Of a DNA stretch of 64,000 nucleotides, positions 19,832 to 28,901 are shown one piece after another. How positions within the stretch are numbered: position 1 is the first letter of the stretch; every line of letters starts with the position of its first letter. A model generated the notes under the pieces. That model had not been told where the DNA came from. It did not search any database and saw nothing but the letters and a program-made list of their open reading frames with translations. The translations under genes were made by a program, and so were the position numbers. This DNA comes from Pseudoduganella sp. (GTDB taxonomy: Bacteria > Pseudomonadota > Gammaproteobacteria > Burkholderiales > Burkholderiaceae_D): the NCBI GenBank assembly GCA_021323265.1, contig JAJTCO010000008.1, positions 4,357 through 68,356 of the forward strand, read 5' to 3'.

Positions 19832-20701
19832 CTACTCCTTCAGGTGTTGTTGGATCAGGCGCAGGCCACCCGCGGCGGAATCCCCCTTGGGTGGAACGAT
19901 CCGCTGCAGCAAGGCAGGCGGCAGGTAAGCACGCAGCGGTTCACCCAGGCCGCCGCACAGGGCGATCGGCAGCGTGCCGCTGGGGTCCAGGCCATGCGCG
20001 ATCAGGGCCACCTGGCGGCCGGCTTCTTCCAGGATGGCGCGCGCGGTGGCGTCGCCGGCGGCGTGCTGCAGCACCAGGCGCGCCAGCTGGGCGTAGCTCG
20101 TTTGCGAGGCATTGGCCAGCCATACCTGGATGCGGTCGCGGTTGCCGCCGCACGCTTGCACCACGGCGTCGGCGAAGGCGCTACCGGGTACGCGGCCGTC
20201 CAGCACCTGCTGGATGTGGTTGATGGCCTTCATGCCGATCCAGGCGCCGCCGGCTTCGTCGCCGGCCGGGAAGCCCCAGCCGCCCACTTCATGGCGGTGG
20301 CCGTCGGCATGCAGGATTTCGCCCACGCTGCCCGTGCCCAGCGCGATGATGGCGCCCGGCTGGCCCTCGTGGGCGCCCAGCACGGTGGTGAAGGCGTCCG
20401 TCTCCAGCGCCACGGCGGCGTAGCCCGGGTTGGCGGCGACGAAATTGCCGGCCCATTGCTTGTTGTGCACGCCCGCCAGGCCGAGGCCGACGGCAATCTG
20501 CCCGCGTGGCGGCAGGGCCAGCCCGGCCGACTCGAAGGCGCGCGCAATGGCTTCCTCGACAGCGGCCCATGCATTCTTGATGCCATGCAGCAGGCCGGAA
20601 GGGCCGGCCTGGCCTTCGCCCAGCAATTGGCCATCGGCGCGGGCCAGGCGCACACGGGTACCGCTGCCGCCGCCATCGACGCCTATCAGGAATTCAATCA
20701 T
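19832..20701 (-). CDS. BadF/BadG/BcrA/BcrD-type N-acetylglucosamine kinase
   Basis: 'IGVDGGGSGTR', 'ALGTGS', 'VGGWGFPAGDEAGGAWIG'; first gene of the nag operon. Confidence 0.85.
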   Translation of the reverse strand: MIEFLIGVDGGGSGTRVRLARADGQLLGEGQAGPSGLLHGIKNAWAAVEEAIARAFESAGLALPPRGQIAVGLGLAGVHNKQWAGNFVAANPGYAAVALETDAFTTVLGAHEGQPGAIIALGTGSVGEILHADGHRHEVGGWGFPAGDEAGGAWIGMKAINHIQQVLDGRVPGSAFADAVVQACGGNRDRIQVWLANASQTSYAQLARLVLQHAAGDATARAILEEAGRQVALIAHGLDPSGTLPIALCGGLGEPLRAYLPPALLQRIVPPKGDSAAGGLRLIQQHLKE

Positions 20702-20760
20702 TTTTTCACGGGTTGAACAGGACTGTGGCGACTATATGGGGAGCACACCAGCTTGTCAAC

Positions 20761-20868
20761 AGGTATTTAACTGGTATTGTTTCGGTTCGCATTGCGACCG
20801 CACCACAGCGCCCTAAGATATTGATTCTTATGGGAATGGTGGCGTGGCCCAATGGTATGGTTGGTATG
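20761..20868. promoter_or_regulatory. TGGTAT direct repeats upstream of the nag operon (putative NagQ-type operator)
   Basis: AGGTATT 20761 and TGGTATT 20772 (11 bp apart); TGGTATG at 20853 and 20862. Same motif as at 2564-2776. Confidence 0.6.
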
Positions 20869-20872
20869 GGCG

Positions 20873-20901
20873 AAAAAAAGCCCGGCTGAGTAGGCCGGGC
20901 T
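20873..20901 (-). terminator. Rho-independent terminator after the GIN-domain gene
   Basis: A7 then GCCCGGCT-GAGT-AGGCCGGGC hairpin (U-tract on the - strand). Confidence 0.7.
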
Positions 20902-20956
20902 GGAGGAAAAAGCTAATCGCTGCCGGCGCCGCAGGCGTCAGCAGCGATGTCGGCAA

Positions 20957-22321
20957 TCATTCGGTGTGGGCGCCGCGACGGTCGATCGTCACCACACGCT
21001 GTTTATCGGAAATCAGCTGCTGGCCCTGGGCTGCGACCTTGCCCTGCACGTTGACGGTGGCGTTGCCGGGGCCGCGCACGTTGACGTCGGCCTGCTTGGC
21101 CAGCATGCCGCGCGCATCCAGGCTGCCCGAGCCGCTCACCTGCACGTTCAGGTTGCTGGTCCAGCCGCGCAGCTGCACGCCGCCCGGACCGCTCATGCTC
21201 ACCTTCACGTCCTTGCATTCCGGTTCGGCCTGCAGGTCGCCCGAGCCGCGCACGTCCGCTTCCAGCGAATCGCTCACCTTGCTCAGGTAAATATTGCCCG
21301 GGCCCTTGCTGCGGGCGATGGCCTTGGCCACCGTGAGCTGCTTGGCGTCGAGGTCGCCCGAGCCGCTGACGTCCGCGCTCAGGGTGGCGCTGCTGCCCGA
21401 CAGCTGCATGCCGCCGGCGCTGCTCAGGATGACGCGCGTGTTCTGGGTTTGCAGGCCGCGTGCTTCCAGGTCGCCGGAGCCGTGCACTTCGGCGTCGAAC
21501 TTCTTGATCGTGCCATTCAGGCAGGCGCTGCCGGGGCCATTCAGCATGGCGCTCACGTTTTCCACCTGCATGCCGCAGGCTTCCAGGTCGCCCGAGCCGG
21601 ACAGCTCGACGCGGATGTCGCGGCTGCTGCCGCGCAGTTCGGCCGAGCCGGGGCCGCTGATCGAGGCGTTGACCTTGTTGGCGCGCACATCGGACGCTTC
21701 CAGGTCGCCCGAACCGGACAGGACCGCATTCAAGTCGCCGGTAATGGCCGGTGCGCTCACTTCGCCAGGACCGGTCATGACCAGGTTCACGTTGGTGGCA
21801 CGCATGCGGTGCAGGTGCAGGTCGCCGCTGCCGCTCGACTTGACGGTCAGCTCGGTGGCGTTGCCCGACACGCTCAGGTCGCCAGGTCCGGTGGCGATCA
21901 GTTTCAGTTCCTTGCTGTCCACGCGCTCCAGTTCCACGTCGCCGCTGCCGCTGGCGCTCAGGGCCTTCAGGCCGCTGGTGCTGATCTTCACGATCACCGG
22001 CTCGCGCTGCTTGCCAAAGCTGAACACCCAGTGGTTGCGGCGCAGCGGACGCACGTGCAGGGTATCGCCCTGGACCACGGTTTCCAGCTGCTCGACCTGG
22101 CGTTTCGGGCCGCTCACTTCCACCGCCGGCGCACCCTGGGCGTTGATCAGCACCTTGTAGGGACCATCGATTTCAATGCGGCTGAAGGCTGTCACCGGGC
22201 GGTTTTCGCGCGTCGGCGTGCCGTCGGCCTTTTTCTCGCTTTCCGATGGCGTCGCGTGCAGCGTCGAGACGCCAAGGGCGATCAGGGAGAAGGCAGCGCC
22301 GTAGGTGATCAGCTTTTTCAT
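20957..22321 (-). CDS. Exported GIN-domain (DUF2807) beta-helix repeat protein
   Basis: Signal peptide MKKLITYG...; many alternating 'SGSGDL'/'GPG' repeats; 'FSRIEIDGP' head. Confidence 0.85.
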   Translation of the reverse strand: MKKLITYGAAFSLIALGVSTLHATPSESEKKADGTPTRENRPVTAFSRIEIDGPYKVLINAQGAPAVEVSGPKRQVEQLETVVQGDTLHVRPLRRNHWVFSFGKQREPVIVKISTSGLKALSASGSGDVELERVDSKELKLIATGPGDLSVSGNATELTVKSSGSGDLHLHRMRATNVNLVMTGPGEVSAPAITGDLNAVLSGSGDLEASDVRANKVNASISGPGSAELRGSSRDIRVELSGSGDLEACGMQVENVSAMLNGPGSACLNGTIKKFDAEVHGSGDLEARGLQTQNTRVILSSAGGMQLSGSSATLSADVSGSGDLDAKQLTVAKAIARSKGPGNIYLSKVSDSLEADVRGSGDLQAEPECKDVKVSMSGPGGVQLRGWTSNLNVQVSGSGSLDARGMLAKQADVNVRGPGNATVNVQGKVAAQGQQLISDKQRVVTIDRRGAHTE

Positions 22322-22515
22322 TTTGATTGTCACTGTCCAGGTTGGTGATGGTGAAACGATATGCGAAGCGGGGCCGGGCCGGGTCCGGAAAAAGACAGAC
22401 GCGCGAAATCGAGGAGCGAACTGCATTTTTCCGATACCGAAATGCACACGGCATGAGCCAAAAAGTTGTGCTTTCGGCTTGAAATGTCATAATGCTCGTC
22501 AGGAGAGACGCTTAT

Positions 22516-22701
22516 ATGATCAAGTACTTGGGAACCAAAAAGACCGACCAGGGTGGAACGGTATACGTGTTCCTGATCAATGGTTTGCAAAAGGAGATCC
22601 GCGAAGGTTCCCTGAAGCAATATCCTGGCTGTTACGAAGCCCTGCCTCCCGCTGCCAAGGCCAAGATCAGTGCGAACCGCGCCTGGTTCCAGAAACTGTA
22701 A
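22516..22701 (+). CDS. Small hypothetical protein (61 aa)
   Basis: AGGAGA RBS before ATG 22516; protein-like sequence MIKYLGTKKTDQGGTVYVFLING... Confidence 0.65.
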   Translation: MIKYLGTKKTDQGGTVYVFLINGLQKEIREGSLKQYPGCYEALPPAAKAKISANRAWFQKL

Positions 22702-23178
22702 GTGATGCTGGGACTGCGCACCCTTGGCGCCGGCCTGCTGGCGGTCTCCGTCCTGGCACACGCGGCGCCGCCCACCCATTTCGGTGTCGTGCTCGGCAAT
22801 GGCTTGCTGTGCCGCGACCAGACCTCCAACCGCTACTACTTCGACTACCTCAGCCAGCATTTCGGGCCGCCCTACAAGCGCGAGGGCGGCGCCTACTGGT
22901 TCCGCACGGACGAAGCCATGCTGTGGGGCGTGCCGGTGCTGGAGGTGATCGTCAGCGACGAAAGCTACCCGTACCGCTTTGTCGGCGCCGTCACCGACAC
23001 CACGCCGGAGGAGCTGGAGCAGGCCATCCGTCGCCTGGATGGCGTGCCGTATGCGAAAATCGACGGCTCGCGCTTTCCCGTGCGGCAGTCCAAGCCGGGC
23101 AGCCGCATTGTCTATTTCAACACGCGTTCCAAGATATACTGCGCAAAATTCAAGCCCTTGCCGCCAGCGCTGCGCTAA
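22702..23178 (+). CDS. Exported hypothetical protein
   Basis: Signal-peptide-like N-terminus; abuts the neighbouring genes in an operon arrangement. Confidence 0.7.
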   Translation: MMLGLRTLGAGLLAVSVLAHAAPPTHFGVVLGNGLLCRDQTSNRYYFDYLSQHFGPPYKREGGAYWFRTDEAMLWGVPVLEVIVSDESYPYRFVGAVTDTTPEELEQAIRRLDGVPYAKIDGSRFPVRQSKPGSRIVYFNTRSKIYCAKFKPLPPALR

Positions 23179-23187
23179 GCGCCGACC

Positions 23188-24810
23188 ATGTACACGCAAT
23201 ACTTCAACCTCAAACAGCAGCCGTTCTCGATTGCCCCCGACCCGCGATACCTGTTCATGAGCGAACGGCACCGCGAAGCCCTGGCACACCTGCTGTATGG
23301 CGTGGGCAGCGGCGGCGGCTTCGTGCTGCTGACCGGGGAAATCGGCGCCGGCAAGACCACCGTCTGCCGCTGCTTCATGGAGCAGATTCCCGCCGATTGC
23401 CGCCTGGCCTACATCTTCAACCCGAAGCTGACGGTGGAGGAGCTGCTGCAGTCGGTGTGCGACGAATTCGGCGTCGCGCCGCAGGACGGGGCGCGCAGCG
23501 TCAAAGGCTACGTCGATGCGCTCAACGCCTACCTCCTGCAGTCGCATGCGGCGGGCTTGAACAACGTGCTGGTGATCGACGAAGCGCAGAACCTGTCGGC
23601 GGACGTGCTGGAGCAACTGCGCCTGCTGACCAACCTGGAAACCAGCGAGCGCAAGCTGCTGCAGATCATCCTCATCGGCCAGCCGGAACTGCGCGGCATG
23701 CTGGCGCGGCCCGAGCTCGAACAACTGGCGCAGCGCGTGATCGCGCGCTACCACCTGGGGCCCTTGTCGGAAGCGGAGGTGGGCAGCTATATCCAGCATC
23801 GCCTGGCCGTTGCCGGCGCCGGCGCAGTGGAGTTGTTCCCGCGCACGCTGCTGCGGCGCGTCCACCAATTGAGCAAAGGGGTGCCGCGCCGGATTAACCT
23901 CCTGTGCGACCGCGCGCTGCTGGGCGCCTACGTGGAAAACCGCCCGCAAGTGAACGCCACCATCCTGCGCCGCGCCGCGGAAGAAGTGTTTGCCGGCGAG
24001 GCGCGGGCGGCTGGCGGCGCGCGGCCCTGGCGCCTGGCCGCAGCCGGCGTCCTGGCCGGCGCCGCGCTCACGGCAGGCGCAGCCTGGCAGATGATGCCGG
24101 GCAGTCCCGCCGCGCCGCGCGCCACCGCAGCTGCGCCGACGGTGGCGCGCTCCGCCCCCGCGGCATCGCCGGTGGCCAGCGTGCCGGCGGCACCGGCTGC
24201 GCTTGCGGCGACGCCGCCCGCCGCGAGGGCACTGACTCTCGATGCCGCCCTGCGCCAGCTTGCCGCCAGCTGGGACGTAGCGCTGGCCGAAGGCGAAAGC
24301 TGCGCCGAAGCCGCAAAGCAGGGCCTGCGCTGCCTGCAAACCAAGGGCGGCCTGGCGGAAATTCGCAAGCTGGACCGCCCGGTCGTGCTCAAGCTGCGCG
24401 ACGACCCGGCCAATCCGGAAATCGTTCTGCTGACCGCGCTCGACACCGGCAAAGCCACGCTGGTCACCGGCCAGGGTGAGCGCAGCATGGCGCTGGATGC
24501 CCTGGAAAACCGCTTCGACGGCAGCTTCACCACCTTCTGGCGCGCCCCGCGCAGCTGGCGCGAGGAAGTCGCCGCGGGTGACAAAGGGCCGGACGTCGAT
24601 TGGCTCGCGCGCCGCCTGGCACAACGTAACGGCGTACGGAAGCCGCGCGAAAACCAGCCGCTGGCCGGCGACACCCTGCGCTACCTGCGCGAGTTCCAGG
24701 CAGCCCAGGGCTTGAAAGCCGACGGCGTGGCAGGGCCGAAAACCTTCATCCGCCTGTCGCAACCGGGCAAGGAAACCGAACCGCGCCTGCTGGCTGCGGC
24801 GGGAAAATAA
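23188..24810 (+). CDS. gspA: ExeA/GspA-family AAA ATPase with C-terminal peptidoglycan-binding domain
   Basis: 'PFSIAPDPRYLFMS', Walker A GEIGAGKTT, 'IDEAQNL', 'GVPRRINLLCDRAL', PG-binding 'FQAAQGLKADGVAGPKT'. Confidence 0.9.
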   Translation: MYTQYFNLKQQPFSIAPDPRYLFMSERHREALAHLLYGVGSGGGFVLLTGEIGAGKTTVCRCFMEQIPADCRLAYIFNPKLTVEELLQSVCDEFGVAPQDGARSVKGYVDALNAYLLQSHAAGLNNVLVIDEAQNLSADVLEQLRLLTNLETSERKLLQIILIGQPELRGMLARPELEQLAQRVIARYHLGPLSEAEVGSYIQHRLAVAGAGAVELFPRTLLRRVHQLSKGVPRRINLLCDRALLGAYVENRPQVNATILRRAAEEVFAGEARAAGGARPWRLAAAGVLAGAALTAGAAWQMMPGSPAAPRATAAAPTVARSAPAASPVASVPAAPAALAATPPAARALTLDAALRQLAASWDVALAEGESCAEAAKQGLRCLQTKGGLAEIRKLDRPVVLKLRDDPANPEIVLLTALDTGKATLVTGQGERSMALDALENRFDGSFTTFWRAPRSWREEVAAGDKGPDVDWLARRLAQRNGVRKPRENQPLAGDTLRYLREFQAAQGLKADGVAGPKTFIRLSQPGKETEPRLLAAAGK

Positions 24811-24811
24811 C

Positions 24812-25549
24812 ATGTCCTACATTCTCGAAGCACTGAAAAAAGCCCAGGCCGAGCGCCAGATCGGCAGCACGCCCACCATCCACGCCCCCACGCTGGCCGC
24901 CGCGCCGGCAGGGCAGGGACGTGCCATGCGGCGCGCCCCCGTGATCGTGGCCATGGTGCTGATGGCGGCAGCCATTGCCGGCCTGGCGGCCATGCTGGTG
25001 CGCCAACGGCCCGCCGCCAGTCCCGCCCCCGAAGCCAACCCCGCTGCCGCCATGGCGCCCGCCACCCCCGCCAGCGTCGCCCGCCCCGCAGAGCCCCCCG
25101 CCGCCGTGGCGCCCGCACCAGTGGCGCCCGCGCCTGTCGCGCTGCCGCCGGAACCGGTTGCCGCAAGCCGCGCAATCGCCGAGCCCAAGCCGTCCGCCCC
25201 GGCCACCCGCGAGCCGCCGCCCGCGCCTGCGCCGAAAGTGGCGGCCGCCGCACGCGCAGCCGAAGCGACACCGAGCGTGCCGGCCACGCCCGCGCCGCCC
25301 CCGGCAGCGCCAGTGGAAGAGCACATCCAGTCCCTGCAAGAGCTCCCCGAGCCGATCCAGCGCGCCATTCCGCCGGTCGCGCTGGGCGGCTACATGTATT
25401 CCAAGAATCCGGCAGACCGCCTGCTGCTGATCGACAAAGTCTTGCGCAAGGAAGGGGAGGAAGTTGCCCCCGGCCTCCTGCTGGAAAAGCTCCAGCCCAA
25501 GCAAGCGGTCTTCAGATTCCGCGGCTACCGCTATCGAGTGCCATTATGA
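24812..25549 (+). CDS. gspB: General secretion pathway protein GspB/ExeB
   Basis: '[15 protein letters not shown]' N-terminus, a TM helix, a Pro/Ala linker, and C-terminal '[11 protein letters not shown]...[14 protein letters not shown]'. Confidence 0.85.
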   Translation: MSYILEALKKAQAERQIGSTPTIHAPTLAAAPAGQGRAMRRAPVIVAMVLMAAAIAGLAAMLVRQRPAASPAPEANPAAAMAPATPASVARPAEPPAAVAPAPVAPAPVALPPEPVAASRAIAEPKPSAPATREPPPAPAPKVAAAARAAEATPSVPATPAPPPAAPVEEHIQSLQELPEPIQRAIPPVALGGYMYSKNPADRLLLIDKVLRKEGEEVAPGLLLEKLQPKQAVFRFRGYRYRVPL

Positions 25550-26067
25550 GCAACAAGCAAAACGTCCTGGGCGTGGTCGGCCCGTCCGGCAGCGGCAAAA
25601 CCACCCTCGTTGAATACCTGGTGACCGAGCTGGCCGCGCGCGGCTGGAAGGTCAACGTCATCAAGCACAGCCACCACGACTTCGAGATCGAGCCGCCGCG
25701 CAAGGACAGCGCCCGCTTCCGCCAGGCCGGCGCCGCCGAGGTGATGATCGCATCGCCCTACCGCTTCGCCATCATCCACGAACTGCGCGGCGCCGCAGAA
25801 CCTGGCTGCGACGAACAGCTGGCCAGGCTCAAGCCGGCCGACCTCACCCTGGTGGAGGGCTTCCATGCATGGCAAATCGACAAGCTGGAAGTCTACCGCG
25901 CCATTGCCGGCCAGCCGCCGCGCTACCTGGACGACGACAGCATCGTCGCCGTGGCCTCCGACCAGCCCGCCCCGCACGGCTTGCCGCCGCACATGGAATG
26001 GCTTGACCTGAATGCCCCGGCGGCGGTCCTGGCCTGGCTCATCAAAAAAATTCCGCGCCAGGCCTAA
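25546..26067 (+). CDS. mobB: Molybdopterin-guanine dinucleotide biosynthesis protein B
   Basis: '[10 protein letters not shown]', '[25 protein letters not shown]', 'LVEGF'. Confidence 0.92.
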   Translation: MSNKQNVLGVVGPSGSGKTTLVEYLVTELAARGWKVNVIKHSHHDFEIEPPRKDSARFRQAGAAEVMIASPYRFAIIHELRGAAEPGCDEQLARLKPADLTLVEGFHAWQIDKLEVYRAIAGQPPRYLDDDSIVAVASDQPAPHGLPPHMEWLDLNAPAAVLAWLIKKIPRQA

Positions 26068-26091
26068 AGTTCCCCCAAACCCGTCCGTAAA
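26065..26091 (+). promoter_or_regulatory. Putative sigma-28 (FliA) promoter of yjfB
   Basis: TAAAGTTC-N11-TCCGTAAA versus the consensus TAAAGTTT-N11-GCCGATAA. Confidence 0.6.
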
Positions 26092-26120
26092 TCAGGATAA
26101 GTACACGTGGGAGATCAAAA

Positions 26121-26321
26121 ATGGATGCAGCAAGCATTGCCAAGGCAGCAACAACCATCGCCGAGACGAGCAATCGTGTCCAGGTCGGCTACGCCGTGAT
26201 GAAGAAAGCCCAGGACGTGCAAGCCTCCAGCGCCCAGGCCCTGATCGAAGCGATCCCGCCGGCGCCGGCCGCCGCCAACCTGCCATCGCACCTGGGCCAG
26301 AAGATCAACACCACTGCCTGA
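26121..26321 (+). CDS. YjfB family putative motility protein
   Basis: 'VGYAVMKKAQDVQASSAQALIEAI...LPSHLGQKINTTA'; GGGAGA RBS. Confidence 0.85.
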   Translation: MDAASIAKAATTIAETSNRVQVGYAVMKKAQDVQASSAQALIEAIPPAPAAANLPSHLGQKINTTA

Positions 26322-26347
26322 CCGGCAAGCGCCGCGCAGGCCGCAAG

Positions 26348-26387
26348 AAACCCGCCGCACCGCCAACGGTGCCAGCGGGTTTTTTTT
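26348..26387 (+). terminator. Rho-independent terminator after yjfB
   Basis: AAACCCGC..GCACCG-CCAA-CGGTGC..GCGGGTTT followed by a T-run. Confidence 0.75.
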
Positions 26388-26435
26388 ATGGTTTAATCGC
26401 AGCCGCAACCCCCTACACCTCAAGAGGAGACCTAC

Positions 26436-26696
26436 ATGAAGAATCGTCAAGCCCTGATTGCCGCCGCCCTGGCCACCGTTTGCGCCACCGCCGGCAGCGT
26501 CGCCGCCGCCCAGGACAAGCCAGCGGAAAAGGAAAAGTGCTACGGCATCGCCAAGGCCGGCCAGAACGACTGCGCCACCGGCACCCACGGCTGCTCCAAC
26601 CAGGCCAAGAGCGACAACATGGCAAGCGAATGGAAGTATGTTGCCAAAGGCACGTGCGAGAAAACCGGTGGCAAGACCACCCCGCCAGCCAAGTAA
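26436..26696 (+). CDS. DUF2282 / BufA1-type bufferin precursor (exported, 4 conserved Cys)
   Basis: Signal peptide, then '[14 protein letters not shown]...HGC...[14 protein letters not shown]'; GAGGAGA RBS. Confidence 0.88.
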   Translation: MKNRQALIAAALATVCATAGSVAAAQDKPAEKEKCYGIAKAGQNDCATGTHGCSNQAKSDNMASEWKYVAKGTCEKTGGKTTPPAK

Positions 26697-26700
26697 GCCG

Positions 26701-28326
26701 ATGCCGCAATCCCACCCGCGTCACCCAGTTGCAGGTGCTGGAATCGGATTGCGGGCACCGCACTACCGCCAATTCCTCGAGCAGCGGCCAGGCGCCGCCT
26801 GGCTCGAGGTTCACACTGAAAACTACCTCGACCAGGCCGGCGCCGACTTCCACGTGCTGCAGGAACTGCGGCGCGACTACGCCATCAGCCTGCACGGGGT
26901 CGGTCTCGGTCTCGGCTCCGCGCGCGGCTTTTGCGCCAGCCACCTTGAGCGCGTCGCCAGCCTGGCGCGCCGCATCGAACCCGCACTGGTTTCCGAGCAC
27001 CTGTGCTGGGGCGCCGTCTTCGACCGCCACCTGAACGACCTGCTGCCGCTGGCGCTCACGCACGAGGCACTCGCACTGCTGGAAGGGCGGGTAGGGCGCA
27101 TGCAGGAAGCGCTTGGCCGCACCATCCTGCTGGAAAACGTCTCGAGTTTCGTCCGCTTCGCCGACGACGCCATGAGCGAAGCGGAATTCCTCGCCGCCCT
27201 TGCGCGCCGCACCGGATGCGGCCTGCTCCTGGACGTCAACAACCTCTACGTCAACCAGTGCAATCACGAGGAAGACGCGCTGGCCGCGCTGCAAGCGATC
27301 GCCCCCGGCAGCGTGGGCGAAATCCACCTTGCCGGCCATCTTGTAACGGAAGCGGCAGTGGTCGACCACCACGGCGCCACGGTCGCCGAGCCCGTCTGGC
27401 GCCTGTACCAGGCCGCCCTCGCACGCTTCGGCGCCGTCCCCACGCTGATCGAATGGGACAGCGACATCCCCGCCCTGGACGTATTGCTGGGCGAAGCCGC
27501 CAAAGCCGACGCCCTCGCCAGCGCCTTTCCCCCAGCAAATGTCCACCTTGGGGTCAGACCCCCAGGTGGACATTTACTGGCGGAAAGCGCGGTGCTGGCG
27601 GCGCAGCAGCAGGCGTTTGCGGACGCCCTGTTCGCGCCCGCAGCCGAGGCGGGCCTGCCCATCACGCATGCCGAGCGTTTCGGCCTGTACCGGGGCAACC
27701 TGGGCGCGACCTGGGGCAAGGCCCTGGCCGCCGCCTATCCCGTCATCGCGCAGCTGGTGGGGGAGGAGTTCTTCGCTGCACTGGTGCGCGCGTACGGTCG
27801 CAAGCACCCATCCGACAGTGGCGACCTGAATCGTTTCGGCGCCCATTTCGCGCACTTCCTGCATACCTTCCCCCATGCGCAGGACTTGCCCTATCTGCCC
27901 GACATGGCGCGCCTCGAATGGCAACTGCACCGCATCCACTACGCGCCGCATGAACCGGCGCTGGCGGCGCAGGACATCGACCCGCAAACGGTCGAGGAAA
28001 GCCGCTTCCCGTGGCAAGCCACCGCCCGCCTGTTCGCTTCCGACTGGGCCGTGGTGCCGCTGTGGCTGGCGCACGAGGCCGGCAGCGGCGTCGCCTTCCC
28101 GCCGGCGATGGACGTGCCCAGCCGCGCCCTGCTGAGCCGCCCGCAGTGGACGGCGCAGCTCACGCCGCTGCAGGCGCCGGAATACGCCGCGCTGCAGGCA
28201 CTGCAAGAAGGAAAAACAGTGGGCGCCGCCCTGGACGCCGCCTTTGCGCTGGATGAGGAGTTCAACGTCGCCGCCAGCCTCCAGCAGTGGCTGCAGCAGC
28301 AAATCCTAGTGAAACGCCCGCATTAA
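26701..28326 (+). CDS. Fused MNIO (DUF692, BufB-like) and DUF2063 (BufC-like) protein
   Basis: N-half: 'GIGLRAPHY','EVHTENY','SLHGVGL','SEHL','LLENVS','LLDVNNLY','EIHLAGH','DHHG','TLIEWD'. C-half: 'RFGLYRGN...[13 protein letters not shown]...SGDLNRFG...LPDMARLEW'. Single open frame. Confidence 0.88.
   Translation: MPQSHPRHPVAGAGIGLRAPHYRQFLEQRPGAAWLEVHTENYLDQAGADFHVLQELRRDYAISLHGVGLGLGSARGFCASHLERVASLARRIEPALVSEHLCWGAVFDRHLNDLLPLALTHEALALLEGRVGRMQEALGRTILLENVSSFVRFADDAMSEAEFLAALARRTGCGLLLDVNNLYVNQCNHEEDALAALQAIAPGSVGEIHLAGHLVTEAAVVDHHGATVAEPVWRLYQAALARFGAVPTLIEWDSDIPALDVLLGEAAKADALASAFPPANVHLGVRPPGGHLLAESAVLAAQQQAFADALFAPAAEAGLPITHAERFGLYRGNLGATWGKALAAAYPVIAQLVGEEFFAALVRAYGRKHPSDSGDLNRFGAHFAHFLHTFPHAQDLPYLPDMARLEWQLHRIHYAPHEPALAAQDIDPQTVEESRFPWQATARLFASDWAVVPLWLAHEAGSGVAFPPAMDVPSRALLSRPQWTAQLTPLQAPEYAALQALQEGKTVGAALDAAFALDEEFNVAASLQQWLQQQILVKRPH
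27537..27575. repeat. 39-bp palindromic (REP-like) element in-frame in the domain linker
   Basis: AAATGTCCACCTTGGGGTC-A-GACCCCCAGGTGGACATTT: 19-bp arms with one mismatch. Confidence 0.8.
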
Positions 28327-28593
28327 CTTGGCCTCGCCCGTCAGGTCGCGGTACAGGATATTGGCGCGGCGGGTGGTCTCGATCATGCGCAGCAATTGCG
28401 CATCTTCGCAGCGCTCAAGCTCTTCGGTCGCCGCCAGCAAGGCCTGCTCCAGCTTGGCCCGCGCCGAGCGGTAGACCACGCTCGTGTAGCAGTCGGTATT
28501 CTTGAGCAGCTCCTCAGCATTCTCGATGACTTGTCGCAAGTCACCGATCAACTGTTCCTGGGTCTGCTTTTGTTTCTCGTCGGGGCCGTTCAT
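28306..28593 (-). CDS. DUF883 (ElaB/YqjD)-like N-terminal domain protein lacking the C-terminal TM
   Basis: '[21 protein letters not shown]...[10 protein letters not shown]'; GAGGG RBS. Confidence 0.65.
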   Translation of the reverse strand: MNGPDEKQKQTQEQLIGDLRQVIENAEELLKNTDCYTSVVYRSARAKLEQALLAATEELERCEDAQLLRMIETTRRANILYRDLTGEAKLMRAFH

Positions 28594-28617
28594 GATGCTA
28601 CCCTCCGCGCCGGTCAA

Positions 28618-28848
28618 TCAGGCTGCACTACCCTCGGCATGCACTTCGATCTGCACATCGCCCAGGCGCACGCGCTGGCCCGCCCGGATCTTTGCCGTCT
28701 TGCGCAACTCCTGCTTGCCGTCGACCTTGACGTCGCCGCTGGCCACGATCTGCTTGCCCGCACCGCCGCTGTCGCACAGGCCAACCACCTTCAGGAGCTG
28801 GTTCAGTTCGATGTACTCGCCTGTCAATTCGAAATCTACTTTCTGCAT
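28618..28848 (-). CDS. RNA-binding S4 domain protein (YbcJ/YaaA-like)
   Basis: 'EYIELNQLLKVVGLCDSGGAGKQIVASGDVKVDGKQELRKTAKIRAGQ'. Confidence 0.9.
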   Translation of the reverse strand: MQKVDFELTGEYIELNQLLKVVGLCDSGGAGKQIVASGDVKVDGKQELRKTAKIRAGQRVRLGDVQIEVHAEGSAA

Positions 28849-28901
28849 TTTAATCCTCTTTCTGTTGGGCTGGCGCTGCAGTGTTGTATTTCCGCAGGGA
28901 A

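Noticed and set aside
25000-25320. Pro/Ala-rich repetitive stretches in gspB (also in the FimV-like gene, 30820-31350)
   Set aside because: Ordinary low-complexity periplasmic linkers, not discrete repeat elements.
26458-26700. Apparent N-terminal extension of the DUF692 ORF
   Set aside because: It overlaps the DUF2282 gene in another frame. DUF692 homology begins after ATG 26701.
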